Source of the DNA: Antedon mediterranea
Taxonomy: Eukaryota > Animalia > Echinodermata
DNA length: 64,000 nucleotides
Assembly: GCF_964355755.1 (NCBI RefSeq)
Contig: NC_092676.1
Location: 4,875,888 to 4,939,887 of the forward strand
Reading direction: 5' to 3'
Numbering within the stretch: the first letter of the stretch is position 1; the number at the start of each line of letters is the position of its first letter. This document shows, piece by piece, positions 1 to 12,242 of the stretch. A model generated the notes under the pieces. That model saw only the letters and a program-made list of their open reading frames with translations, did not search any database and was not told the origin of the DNA. The position numbers were made by a program, and so were the translations under genes.

Positions 1-819
1 TCTTTCATCTCAAATAAATAAATAAACATTTATTTCTTTCATTCATATTTGAGTAAAAAAACATTATAATTTCTGATATTTTATAAATAAATATTTTTTT
101 TTTTTTTTTAGAGATAAATACAGTAAATTATAATGTATAAAAAGATGATTCAGTTATATACAAAATGAAAGAGGCAAAAAAACCCAAGAAAGTATCGATC
201 AATTGGAAACAAAAATCCAATTGAAACTTGTATGTTGGGAAGCCATGTAAGAAGATTATATACTTATATATATAAATGTAAACATCATCTCTCTACCACA
301 TCCTTCCCTTTCCCAAACTTGTTACCAAATATAATTGTGCCATCGCTTTAATGATGGCCACCAACAATGACCGTTACTCTATTGGCTTCTTGACTCAAGA
401 AAGAAAAAACATCACAAGACAGTTATGTACTTTCCCTTTCTGTAACAAAAATAGAAAAAGAATTCCTGTCATTGGCCAAGTTTTAAATGTGTTGGTTCAA
501 CTCTATTGTTTATAGTTTTTAGTGTGGTGTTGCAATATTATTTGAACCACTGCCAACACTTGTCACTCACCTGTTAACAGTAAGAATGAGTACTGAGCTT
601 TTAAATTAATCATAATTTAATATAGAAATGGAATAATATAATATATGTAGAAAGCTATAAATAAAAGTAAAATTATTTACTATAAAGTTTGGAATCTTAA
701 TTGTAGAATCATGTTAAAAATGATAAAAAACATGATTTTAACGTTTATGATTAACAACAACATAAAAGACAAAATGTTGTTTACTGCAGTAAGTGCAGTA
801 ATTTTGACATAGTTTCCAA

Positions 820-1480
820 CATGATGGCAATATTTATAGTTTTTGTACTGTTTCTAGATGTTTTCAAAACTCAACATTATAGCAACATTTATATTAAAAT
901 TGACTTGTTTCTAAATGTTGTCAAAGTTCGGAAACTCAATGTTATAGGAACATTTATAGTTTGGTTTTTTTTAATGTTTGGAAACTCAACATTATATAGC
1001 AATAATTAAATGTGTAGACTTTGTTGCCAAAATATGGAAAATTAATATTATAGCAACATTTATAGTTGTGTAGACTTGTTTCCAGATGTTGTCAAAGTTT
1101 GGAAGCTCAACATAATATATAGCAACATTTAGTTGTATAGATTTCTTTTTAGATGTTGCCAAAGTTTAAAAACTCAATATTATAGGAGTATTTTGTTGTG
1201 TAAGGCCTGTTTCTAGACGTTGCCAAAGTTTGGAAACTTCATATTATAGAAACATTTATAATTGTGTAGACCTGTTTCTAGATGTTGTTAAAGTTTGAAA
1301 ACGTTATATTATAGGAACATTTAGTTGAGTAAGGCATGTTTCTAGATGTTGTCAAAGTTTGAAAGCGTTATATTGTAGGAACATTTAGTTGAGTTGACCA
1401 ACAATATTTGACAGCTTCCAGATGAGTTTGAAGACTCAACACAGTTTCTAGATGTTTTAAAAGTTTGCAAACTTCATGTT
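820..1480. repeat. Degenerate minisatellite, ~57-68 bp unit (tttctagatgttgtcaaagtttggaaactcaatattataggaacattt...)
   Basis: About 10 recognisable tandem copies of tttctagatgttg(t/c)caaagttt; explains ORF 821-1009. Confidence 0.85.
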
Positions 1481-2164
1481 GTACCAACAAGCTAATGTTC
1501 CTATTTGTAAACATTCCAGTTGTGCAACATACTGCTGTGTGTTTCTAGATAACTCTTTTAACATTTCAGAAATTATATCCACATAAATAAGCTTATCATG
1601 TATTTGGCTATTGGAATTGTATTCATGTTTGTTGAAGTTGAAAAAGTTTGGAAATACTCAAAACATTGCATAAGTTTTGCAGTGTTGTTAACATGTTCAT
1701 TATGTTATATATTGTTGTTGTAATAGATGTACTGGTTTGACCTTCTAATCGGTTTAATCACCTTGGCACACTGACAGAAAATCCTTTGCCAGGATTCTAA
1801 TAGATTTTCTAATTCCTTGCCAGAATAGATTATCACCTGCCTATCAGAATTATTTTTCGTAAACATTAAAAAAAAATGTTTAAACTTCTACAATATAATT
1901 ATGGAAACTTAAGTTTCAAATCAAATCATTTCTAACATAACTTTTCCCTCAACATTCGATTTAACCCCAAAAAATATGAAAGAAGGTCAATCTCCATAAA
2001 GTCATTCCCTTCAAATATAGTGTCCCAATAGTTGTGGTCAGGGACAAGTTATTTAGGAGCCATCCCTATGGTCAACTCAAATGATTCATGCTGTCAATCT
2101 GCCATGACAACAAAAAAATGTTGTATAATAGAAAACTTGATGAAATAATAACATTATTATTACC

Positions 2165-2822
2165 CAATACAAATACTTAGGTACTATAATTGACAACAAA
2201 TTAAAATGGGAGTCAAACTCTCTCATGATTTCCAAGAAGGCATCTCAAAGGCTCTACTTTCTCAGAAAACTCAAGCAAATTAGAGTTGATAACACTATTT
2301 TAATTCTATTTTATCAAAGTATTATTCAAAGTATTTTATCTTTTAGCATTGGATGTTTTTATGGTAACTTTACTGAAAATGATAAGAAAAATATTGAGAG
2401 ACCACGTAAAATTGCACAACAAATTATTAAAGCTGATCTAACGCCTTGTTCATTTATCTATGAAAAGAGTATTCTAAAAAAAGTACACAATATTATGAAA
2501 GACCCCACTCATCCGTTACATTACTGTTATAACTTAAATAGATCAGGCATTAGGCTACGACCTCCAAGAGCAAATCTTTGTAGAACTAGAAAATCCTTCG
2601 TTGTAAATAGCATTCATATTTTTAATTCTAATGTAAGACGTTAATGCAATTTTTAATAGTTTTACATTTTTAACAGTATTTTTAACTTTTTATCTTGTAT
2701 TTTTAATCTGTTATAATACTGCACGTTTTTAAATTGTTGCAATAGTGTTGTTTTAATCTACCAAGCAAAGTGAATTTCCATTTTTATGGACAAATAAAAT
2801 TTCTTGAATCTTGAATCTTGAA
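2165..2822 (+). mobile_element. 5'-truncated non-LTR retrotransposon (Rex1/Babar-like, DUF1891-type C-terminus) with tandem-repeat tail
   Basis: YKYLGTIIDNKLKW..KKASQRLYFLRKLK..LFYQSIIQSIL..DPTHPLH..RKSFV; stop at 2644; aataaa then (cttgaat)n tail at ~2803-2822. Confidence 0.85.
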
Positions 2823-3292
2823 TTGTATACAAATAATAAATAATAAACATCATTAAAATCCTCTTTAAAATATTTTTCTCTTTGCTTGAATTGTTTTTAT
2901 GTATTTTTAGTTAGTTTAGTTGTTCATGTCTTTATTTTTCAATATGTTCTGTTTTCTTACTTTCTTCGACCACACCACATATTGTGAGTGCCACTGATTA
3001 AAAGGTGCATGGTCAACAAATGAATAAATAATCAACAATCAACACCCATTTTGGCACAGATGGCTGTCCATACAACTAATGACTCATGGAGCAATGTTTT
3101 CTATCTTCCACTTATTCCACTCTATTTAAATGTGTTTTAATTTTGAGTGAATGATGTAGGTTGAATAGTTGAAGGCTTAGTCTAAACATGTCCCCTGATT
3201 ATTATATTACTTTTTCAAAGAAACCAAAAATTAATTTCTTTGAATTTTCAAGGTCATGATTAGTTAGCTTTGTACTCTCACTCCCATTTTTT

Positions 3293-3404
3293 TAGTCGCA
3301 TGCAACGTGACTCTACAGTTTACTATGTCGGTCGGTGAGTTAGTCGATCGGTTGGTCGATAAACACTAACTTGACCATGCGACTGCAGCCATGTATATGG
3401 CCTT
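3293..3404 (+). mobile_element. Internally deleted Helentron-associated (HINE/DINE-1-like) element
   Basis: Same ends as 54042-54766: agtcgc(a/g)tg subterminal repeat, gtcg microsatellite, catgcgact and a gccatgtatatggc hairpin. Confidence 0.7.
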
Positions 3405-6096
3405 GCTATGAATTAAACACCACTGTAACTGTAGTGGTATCTGTTTATTCCCCTGTCCGTATCAAATGCTTGTACGCCAGCAAGAAATTAAATGAAAAAG
3501 GGGAAAAAGCTCCAACAAAATTTAAATCTTAGTCGGAACTTAATTATTTGCTTTTACAATATTTTTTTTGGGGGGATTTTGTATTTTTGGTTTATTTTAA
3601 TTCGATTAAAATATATCGCCCCATGAAAATAACATGTTTAGTATCACATTAAATATTTATTGATTTTGACAAAAAAATTGGATTGAGAAAAAAATGTACA
3701 TTATTAAACTGTAATGTAAAGAAAATAGAGAATATTAAAAAAAGATGTTTTTTTTTTACTTCTTACAATCTTGCAATTTTGAATAGTAAAACTACAAACA
3801 TGTTTATTTTATTCATTTATTTTTTCAAGTTTTAATATTTAATTATGAAAACTTAGTATTAATTTTACATTTAAAAAAAACCAATTTTATTTCACAATTT
3901 CATCTTATATGATTTAAACTCAAGGGTCAAACAGCTAAGTTTAGTCCATACCACAATTCAATGACCATTTGATGGTAGCTTTTTAAGTTCATTTATTTTC
4001 ATGTTTCTTCAATCATGTTAAGCTTTTTAAGCATCTTGTGAAGGACACAATGTCCCAACATTTCCTTTGTTTATTGATCTTTTTTAAACTTTAATTTTCT
4101 GATTAAGTTTATGTTAATACAAGTTCAAGTTAATTTTAATTTTGTTTGACTTTGTAGCATATTTACTAAATTAAGTTAATTCCATAATATATGGTAACAT
4201 TTTGGATGTGAGAATGCCATTTAAGTTATTTGAAAATTGTGTTGAAGGAAAAATGGCACATTAATAAAAAGATATTAAATTGTTAAATTCATGTCCCCGT
4301 CTTTTTGAAGCCGCATAACTTTTTTTACTATTACTATTTCTTTTTGATCACTCAAAACATAAAAATAAAGAAAGAAAATTTAAAAAAGAGTATTGAAAAA
4401 GCCTGTTTTTTGTTTTAAACAGCCTTTTTGTAGTTTTAAACAAACTTATAAAAAAAATACAACAGAAGCAATAATTTAAACAAAAACCTGTTGCCAGACA
4501 GACAATGTACTACCATACCAGTTTGATTTTGTGTTTTTAAATTTTTTTTAAATTCCAGGGGTGTTTTTTTCTTATCTATTTTTATTCATTCATTCATTCA
4601 TTCAACAAAAATCTTTTATTTCCCCCCTTTTTTCAAAGAATCACTCAATTTCAAAATTCAGTTCAACAGTCTGTGATTTGTACACAACTGGACTACCAAT
4701 CCTTTTTAGTAGTTCTGGACATGACATGTCTTTTTTTTTTGTCAACCAAACACAAGCAAGTATTTTCTGATCTTTTTATTAAAAGTCCACCATTTCTACT
4801 GCCCAAAAATTACATTATTAATTAAATTATCATTAAAGGTTATTTACTGTATGCTGCTGCAGAAACAGGATTTGAATAAAGGTGCAATGGTCATAAAGTA
4901 ATCATCTTTTCAACTTTGACCCTGTTTCTCAATTTAGGCCACCTGTTTCTTATTTAAACCCTTCCTTTCTCCACCACACATTAGGTGTTTTGCACTTTGG
5001 CTTGGTAACTGATATCCCAATACAACTAAAAGACCTGTAAAACAGTTAAATTACCATGTTGTAAAAGTTATCAATGATTTACTGGTAAAAATCATGTTTA
5101 ATATTAAGAAGTAGGTCTAGGCCACTTACACTTTGTTGATTTAGTACTTTTCTACCAAAAAATACAAATTGTGAAGGTTATATTTTCACATACAGATGCA
5201 TATTTAAATATTGAATTCTTCTGAATTTATTTTAAAAATAATATTATTTTTATATTGTTGCATTTCAAAAATTGTTTAAATCATATTTATTTTAACAAGA
5301 TTTGACCATTATGGAAATAACAAGTATATTAAGAGGGAATAAGTCACTGAATATTTTGCCAAATGTTGCCTTAATTAACGTTTAGTTGAAAAAAAACACA
5401 ATTTTTCTCATTTTTGTAGGAGAGGAGAAATGATAAAAACATTGTCTATCTGCCCTATACCATACTAACACCCTTTGGCACATTATTTTAACATACATGT
5501 GAACCCCATCTTCTATAAACAGCTACTACCCAGAAATATCAAAACCCTGATCCTTATAGTTTTAATTATAAATAAGTGGAATTAACCAATCTTTCCAGTC
5601 CTGAACCTTTTATCTCTTTTCGTTCATCAGAATATGCACACATAGAGGAAGTTTTTGACAATGAGTTTGTCCGTTTGTGAAGCGTGTGCATTGGCATACT
5701 GCTAAGAAAGGGACAAACCCTTGAGAGTTCTTCCCAATTATGACCTTTTAATGAGTTGACCTTGACTGAGTGATATTCTTGTAGAGCAGAGTTCATCAGA
5801 TTGAGTTCACTGTACAAACTACAAGGCAACCCTACTTATAATGGGAAGTTGTAACAAGTCAGTTAAGATTTGCTTCAAGATAAAATATTTCCTCAAAAAA
5901 ACTTGTTACTAGTAACTTTCAGTGATATGATATTTCCAGGGAAGAATGAAATTATATTGATTTCACTCTTCCTTGATATTTCTAATATTTTCTAAAATGT
6001 TTAATTGATTACCACTGTTACTAATTATATTAAATTTTTTTTATATAAATGCTTAATGTAGTAATGTTCTGTAGCACCATAAAATCTATATATTAA

Positions 6097-6420
6097 AGAT
6101 GTATTTTCTCCTGAAAAAATAATTTTTAAAATTTGTTTGTTGAATATGCCATTTTAATGTCACCTAATAGTTATCCACTTTGACCAAAACTTGAATTTAA
6201 AAAAAATGTATTTACCTAAAAAGCAATAAATAGTCAATTTGGATGTCAGCCAATGGGTTTTTGGTTGAATTTAACCATTTATTTTGTCATTTTATAAGTG
6301 AAAACTTATTTGCTCCGTTTTTTTTTATACGGAAGTTACTAACTTTATTAAAACTACAAAATGATCAAAGTCTGATTTTATTAATCTTTTTTATACACCT
6401 TTAATTCATTAAAAAAGTTT
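6097..6420 (-). mobile_element. Kolobok-like non-autonomous DNA transposon, reverse-oriented copy
   Basis: ttaa|agatgtattt terminus; body is the reverse complement of 41196-41550. Confidence 0.7.
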
Positions 6421-7099
6421 TTATTTTTGATGAGAGATTCAAGATTCAAGACATTTTATAGGTCCACTTTAAAATGGAAATTTGTTTTTCTTGGCATAAT
6501 TAAGACAATAACACAACAACAAAAAGTACATCAAATTGCAAAAGGAAATGTTAAAATACTACTTACTATTGTGATGTACCAACATGATAATAAAAGTTTA
6601 AAAGTTTGAAAAACCCTCGAAACACTTGATGACTCAAATCATGCAATTTTATTGAATGGACATTTTTTGGTCATAAGAAGAGTGGATTTTATTTGCTTAT
6701 AGTGTTACATTTAATACATACATTTGCAATTACATTTACATTAATGATTTTATGATGATTTATATCAACTTTATGAAAAACTTTCAACACCTGTGCTAGG
6801 CCGTACTCTTCAATACAACATGTCCTTAAATTACTTTAATATCACTTGGGTTCATAGGTCCATCTTTAGTTGGTCAATAATAGGGTGGATTAAATACAGA
6901 AGTCAAGGCTAGTAGATGATATCAATAAGCTTACCCTGCAGGGATGGTGTACATGTGGTAAACAAGGCATGCACTTTCCTGCTAGAGTGGTGGGCCTATA
7001 GATATTAAAATAGAAAAAGTTCCCCTCTGCCCTGTACCTTCAATTTCTATTCCATTTTAGATAGTGCCATGCTATTCCATTTTCCATGGTGGTTATTTA

Positions 7100-7490
7100 A
7101 TAAGGGACTGTGGGTGTGTCCACACTGTAATTTTTATGTTGAGGCAGGTGTGGTCATTCTGTAATTTTGAGTCTAAGGTGGGTGTGGTCATTTGTTATGT
7201 TGAAGTAGGCATAGCTGTATTGGTATGGTGATGTGGAGGTCTTCTCTGTAATTGTAAGGTTTAAATGGGCGTGGTCATTCTGTCTTGGTGATGTTTTTTT
7301 TGGTGTGGCCACATCGTGGTGATGCTGAGATGGGTGTGATCATTTTGTCATGGTGTTAAGATGGGTTTAGGCCTAGTTATTTGTCATGGCAATGCTGAGA
7401 TGGGTTTGGTCATTTTATCATGGTGATAAGATTTGTGTGGTCATTAGTCTTGGGAATACCGACATGGGTATGGTTATTAAAGTCATGATT
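7100..7490. repeat. Degenerate ~37 bp GT-rich tandem repeat (gggtgtggtcattctgt...)
   Basis: About 10 diverged copies immediately upstream of an IGF2R-like exon. Confidence 0.7.
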
Positions 7491-7507
7491 GTTCTGTTCT
7501 TTTTCAG

Positions 7508-7611
7508 ATGGTACTTTGGAAATGGTTGTTACCAAGCCAAAGTCATGTGGCAAGGGAGGAGGTGATGTCAATTCTACCATTATTTTCCAGTGTGATGAAA
7601 GTGTAGGATTG
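7508..7611 (+). CDS. IGF2R: Cation-independent mannose-6-phosphate receptor homologue, exon in last MRH domain
   Basis: ttttcag| ... |gtaagt; GTLEMVVTKPKSCGKGGGDVNSTIIFQCDESVGL, typical of the MRH-repeat STxIxFxCD motif. Confidence 0.85.
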
Positions 7612-7814
7612 GTAAGTTCACTTAACTGGGTTCAATTCCTTTGAATTCTTTTCATGAAAAAGCACATTTTGTGCATGTTTGTTTAGTCCTGTCTACACTA
7701 TCAAACTTTAATGATAAAGAAAAAATGTGATGTGCCCACACATCACATTGTGATGTATATTGATGTTCCTAAATAGATAATTATCTAATAGTCATTTATT
7801 ACTTGATTTTACAG

Positions 7815-7891
7815 GGAAAACCAGAATTTCAATATGAATCCATTAAATGTCATTATTTCTTTATTTGGAAGACTAATAGAGTTTGTACAAC
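7815..7891 (+). CDS. IGF2R: CI-MPR/IGF2R exon, end of last MRH domain
   Basis: tttacag| GKPEFQYESIKCHYFFIWKTNRVCT |gtaagt; matches the GxPEF..CxYxFxWxTxxVC repeat end; phase fits the neighbouring exons. Confidence 0.88.
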
Positions 7892-7934
7892 GTAAGTGGT
7901 TTTTATTTTATTTTAAAATTTAAATAAAATTAAA

Positions 7935-8165
7935 CTGTCCCCTTCTTTCCTATTTTCCCTCCTCTTTTTTCCACTGTTTTTCGACAGTTTCTTCTCTGTT
8001 TCCCCATTGTTTTCCTCCTCTTTTCTTCTCTGCTTTTCCTGCTTAAGCTTCCCCACTGTTTCTTCTCTGTTTCTCCTCTTTTCCCCATGGTTTCTCCTCT
8101 GTTTCCCCATTGTTTTCCCACTGTTTCCCTATTGTTTTCTCAATGATTTTCCTCTCTCATCTCCT
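7935..8165. repeat. Pyrimidine-rich ~11 bp degenerate repeat (tttccccactg/tttctcctctg)
   Basis: Low-complexity intron content; explains ORFs 7913-8121. Confidence 0.8.
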
Positions 8166-8203
8166 ATCTCAACAAACTAACATTTTACATATCTCATTCT
8201 CAG

Positions 8204-8332
8204 AACAAGTGATCGCACATCTCTGAGCAGTGAGGTTGGCAAGAGTCATCCAGCCGGCATTATCATTGCAGTTTTTGTTACATTAGTTCTTATATGTTGC
8301 TTAGCATTATATTTCCATGAACATAATAGACG
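8204..8332 (+). CDS. IGF2R: CI-MPR/IGF2R exon, transmembrane segment
   Basis: ttctcag| TSDRTSLSSEVGKSHPAGIIIAVFVTLVLICCLALYFHEHNRR |gtaagt; hydrophobic helix followed by basic residues. Confidence 0.88.
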
Positions 8333-8355
8333 GTAAGTAAATTTAATTTTTAGTA

Positions 8356-8473
8356 CAGTTGAACATCTCAACAGACAGCCTAAGCCTGTTTTCCACTAGG
8401 TATAAATAGTACTAATTCAATAAATAAAAAAAAATGCAAACATGCTTGATGACATCTAGGGTTTGTTCAACTG
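8356..8473. mobile_element. Short Tc1/mariner(pogo)-like MITE
   Basis: ta|cagttgaaca ... tgttcaactg|ta: inverted ends with TA duplication. Confidence 0.5.
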
Positions 8474-8613
8474 TATACAGTAAACTAAAGTTATTTTACT
8501 AATTTTATATCAGGCAAAGAACATTAATTCTAAACCGCCGGGTGATATACTGAAATTTAATTAATTAATTTGAAACGATAAAGATGAGGAAATCTGTGAG
8601 AATGAGAAAAAGT

Positions 8614-8685
8614 CACCCCAACCGAGACTCGAACTCGGACCGCCTGCTTGATATGCAGATGTCCTAACCATTAGACCACTGGGGC
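8614..8685 (-). tRNA. tRNA-like gene, 72 nt, Glu/Asp-type scaffold, anticodon ATC (possibly repeat-borne)
   Basis: GCCCCAG TG GTCT AATGGTTA GGAC A TCTGC ATATCAA GCAGG CGGT CCGAG TTCGAGT CTCGG TTGGGGT G; all four stems pair; A and B boxes present; TTTTT immediately downstream. Confidence 0.6.
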
Positions 8686-8930
8686 TTTCATGGTATTGAT
8701 CAAACTCGATTGGATAGCGACTCTTTAACATTCTCGGCGTGGTACGGCGGAACAGCAATATATATATATATCTTATTGATATTAGTTGCATAAAGTTGGT
8801 CACTTATATATACTTATTAGTAAAAATGTTTGAGAATCATAATTTTAAGTATGATGTTAAAAATACTCAAAATATTATGTCTAATTTGTATTTTACGAAA
8901 TGGTGTAACCACTGTTTCTGTTAAGATATA

Positions 8931-9195
8931 AGGGCATGTGGTGCAGTGTGTTGGATGTTCGACTACTGATCGTGAGATCGAGGTTCGAATCCAACTCTAG
9001 CCGCATTGCTTGCACCCAGGAGTATAAATGGGAACCCGGTAATAGATCAAGACACAACTTTGCGCTGATTACTAGCTGAATTATGGGAGTATATTTCCAT
9101 ACGTGTTTGCTCCAAAAAAAATGACTGGGGTATAATGTTTCAACGCTTAAAGGTTTCACAACATTAGGCGCTATATAAATGCAGGATATTATTAA
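8931..9195 (+). mobile_element. tRNA-derived SINE with CORE-like middle and L2-type tail
   Basis: A box tggtgcagtg, B box ggttcgaatcc, cacccaggagtataaatggg block, and 3' gcgctatataaat..tattatt tail. Confidence 0.7.
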
Positions 9196-9431
9196 GATGT
9201 TGACTTGACATTTTTTCATAATTTTCTCTCCGGTTGGTCAAGATTGTTGAGACTTATGTTTCTTTTTTATCTGTCTGTCTATCATTCGTTTTATTGAATT
9301 TTTTTATTTAGTAATAATTTTTTATATCCAAGTATTATATTACTTTCGACTTTTTTCCTCTCTCTCTCCTCTTTGTCAAGCTCGTTCATTTCAATAAATT
9401 ATTTGTTTTAATGAAGTTTTTTTTATTTTAG

Positions 9432-9507
9432 GGCGTCTTTTGCCAGAAGTATAAAGAGGTGCTTTCCTGGAGGATATTCTAATATACCATCATATAAATA
9501 CACAAAG
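9432..9507 (+). CDS. IGF2R: CI-MPR/IGF2R exon, juxtamembrane cytoplasmic tail
   Basis: ttttag| ASFARSIKRCFPGGYSNIPSYKYTK |gtaaca; equivalent to the mammalian YKYSKV internalisation signal. Confidence 0.9.
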
Positions 9508-9534
9508 GTAACAATGTTATTCATCATCTGCCTA

Positions 9535-9699
9535 AAGGTCTCTCTACATTATCAAATTAATTTGACAAAAAAAGTGTAATATGCCCAAATACGGCAAGGA
9601 TGTGCCCAAAATATAGTAGTGATATGTCATCATCATGTCCATATATAGACACATCATATTTTTTTGTAACATAATGTTTAATATTTTAGACAGAGGTTT
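9535..9699. mobile_element. PIF/Harbinger (Tourist-like) MITE copy
   Basis: Diverged copy of the 63314-63469 family. Confidence 0.7.
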
Positions 9700-10313
9700 A
9701 GATGATGAATAATAAAAAATGAATGAATATTTAGTTCCATTTTACTCCTAATATCTGAGTGAAAAAATTTCAAAAGCAAAATGCTATACTAGTATAATAA
9801 TAAAACACATATATGAATACAGTATAAAAAGTTTGAATTATTAGTTGATACAAATTTTTACAGTTTCTATGGATTTTATTTGCCAAAAAATCCTAACATT
9901 TTCTAAATAAATGAGTTTTTAAATTAATTTTAAATAAATCAAAGGTGAAAACAAAACAAAGGAAAAAGTGTGTCCACCGTAAGTGGAGGCCAACCGGACC
10001 TGTAGAGTGCGCAGTCCATTCTACTCCGTGTACATACTGTAGATCGCTACCATTTTTTCAAGGCCTATCCTCCCGACATTCGATTCAAGATAAATACCGT
10101 GAATTAGTTGAATAGTAGGTGGTTATAAAACAAATAATGTTTTATATTTGTTGAATGTAGAATATATTTCATTCATTGAAAGATTGACTCTTCTATTTAT
10201 GAATTAAGCAATCTTTCAACTCATGCAATATTCTCACTATTCAACTCATAAACATTCATTATTTGTATACTATTCTACAGAATAAATTTAATGAAAAATT
10301 TTTGTTTGTAAAG

Positions 10314-10496
10314 CTTTCTTCGGATGAAGAAGGGATTGAAAATGAATTGCTGCAAGACGTAACGCCAAAACATTCGGGACAACAGCAGCGGGATTCATTC
10401 TTTAATGACGCCGATGATGAGTTACTAGGCGACGTACATCCAAGTCCAATTGCATACCATGATGACAGCGATGAAGAACTGTTACCAACCATTTGA
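10314..10496 (+). CDS. IGF2R: CI-MPR/IGF2R terminal coding exon
   Basis: LSSDEEGIENELL...YHDDSDEELLPTI*; C-terminal acidic-cluster dileucine like mammalian FHDDSDEDLLHI. Confidence 0.9.
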   Translation, partial: LSSDEEGIENELLQDVTPKHSGQQQRDSFFNDADDELLGDVHPSPIAYHDDSDEELLPTI

Positions 10497-10662
10497 TGAT
10501 GATAATGATGATGATAATATAATTATATATGTATCTATAGTCCATCAATAGAGTTTATGGTGTAGTGCTTTAAAACCTTGCTTTCAATCATGGTGTTTTG
10601 GTTCGATTCCTCTACCACTGTTTGATGAAGTTAATTTTTTTGAAATAAATGTAATACGCTAT

Positions 10663-11100
10663 ACAGTAGAACTCCTTATTTGAAACACCCGTATAGAGAG
10701 GTTATACTTATGAAGGGGATACCCGGGGGAGATACATCAATTGAGGGGATGTACCCTATGAGTGGAACATTTTTGTTTGATCCTTAACAATAATAAAAGA
10801 TGTTATTACAAAGTGTTTTATTTTGGCAATTGATATTTAATTAACTTAAAGTACTCAGAATTGCAATGCAATAGACACAATAGAGAAAAACGTTATTTAT
10901 TACCGTAATTAAGTTAAGATAAATTAAAATTTGAGATCGTTTTTTAATGAATAGAATAAGATGATCAAAATAACAAATACAATCCCTTTCAGGGATCACC
11001 TGTATTAAAGAGACACTGAAGCGAATGGGATTGGAAGTAGTATTTTTGGATACATCACATTTTTTAAGGATTTCGAAGGTGTCCGTTTAATTTCTACTGT
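10663..11100. mobile_element. pogo/Tigger-like MITE
   Basis: ta|cagtagaac ... ttctactg|ta ends with gggacacc-type subterminal motifs; related pieces at ~15563-15830 and ~38085-38340. Confidence 0.55.
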
Positions 11101-11512
11101 ATTAAAATTAGTTGTAAGATTAAATTATGAAATCTTGTTTAAGATGACTAATTTTAATGTTTTTTTAAATTGATTTTATTTGTAAATAAAATTATAATTT
11201 TATCACAGTAACTAAAGAGGCAAAAAATGGTACCAAATATGGAAAACGTTCCTTTATTTTTCCACTATAAAGTTGAGCTGCTTTGGTTGTCGTTAGAGGG
11301 CGTTCTTTATGAATGTTCCCGTCGGTTATTCTGCAATAATTTTGTAAAAAGTGCCTAAAAAAACCCAGATGTATAAGTTAATTATGAGATAGATATTTAT
11401 ATAAATATGGCTTGTAAATTAAATAATTTGTTTATGCAATTAGATAATTGTTAGAATTGTTTTTATATTATTTCTCGTATTTATGTATGGTTTATTATGT
11501 AGGCCTAAAAAG

Positions 11513-11758
11513 CAGTGGCATAACATAGAGGCATGAGGCCCATGGTTTAGGAAAGCTAAGCGGCCCTCCAACACTGGAGGCATCAGACATATAGCCATAT
11601 GGACATATATTTTTAATGCCACTTCTCCTGATCATAAAACAATTATCATTGCACTATATGTATGAACGACTTAATAAATCGAATCTGAATAAGGGTCTCC
11701 CATAATCTCCGGGGGCCCCTGGGCTTAACCAGTGAGCGCTCGTAGCCATACGCCACTG
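11513..11758. mobile_element. hAT-type MITE
   Basis: cagtggcata ... tacgccactg inverted ends; 8-bp flanks ctaaaaag / ctaaaacg. Confidence 0.7.
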
Positions 11759-12004
11759 CTAAAACGAATTGTTTGCCGTTTATCTGCAATTTTCCACTCA
11801 ACATCATTTCCCTCCATAAATCGTTAACTTCATACTGCAAACAATCAATGATTTTTAGGCCTCAAATACATTTAAACTAATTAATAATGATATAATAGTT
11901 TTATTTACTTAGCTTTATAGGTTTATGAGACTTAGTATCTATTTTTGTAAAATTGTTTGTAGTTTTTTAAAAGTAATATTTATGTTATAATTGAACATTG
12001 TTAA

Positions 12005-12242
12005 AGATATATTGTCACCCGAAAACATGAACAATTTCACTTGTAAAATGACAAACGAAAACCAATTTCTGGACAGATAATTTAATTTTTTTTTTGTGCC
12101 TTTATTACATTTTTTCGTATAAATCTTTTTTTTTCTCGATCCAGTTTTTGGTAAAATGAATAATGTTTAGGCCTATGTGACATTAAAATGTCATATTCAA
12201 CAAAAAATGTGGAAAAAAAATGTTTAGGGAGAAAATATATCT
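12005..12242 (+). mobile_element. Kolobok-like non-autonomous element (shortened)
   Basis: TTAA flanks; agatatattgtc ... aatatatct ends. Confidence 0.7.

Noticed and set aside
5420-5830. Possible further IGF2R exon or minus-strand 87-aa ORF
   Set aside because: Stops in all + frames after the acceptor and no MRH motif; upstream IGF2R exons could not be identified in 1-7500
10259-10492. Antisense 77-aa ORF
   Set aside because: Shadow of the IGF2R terminal exon
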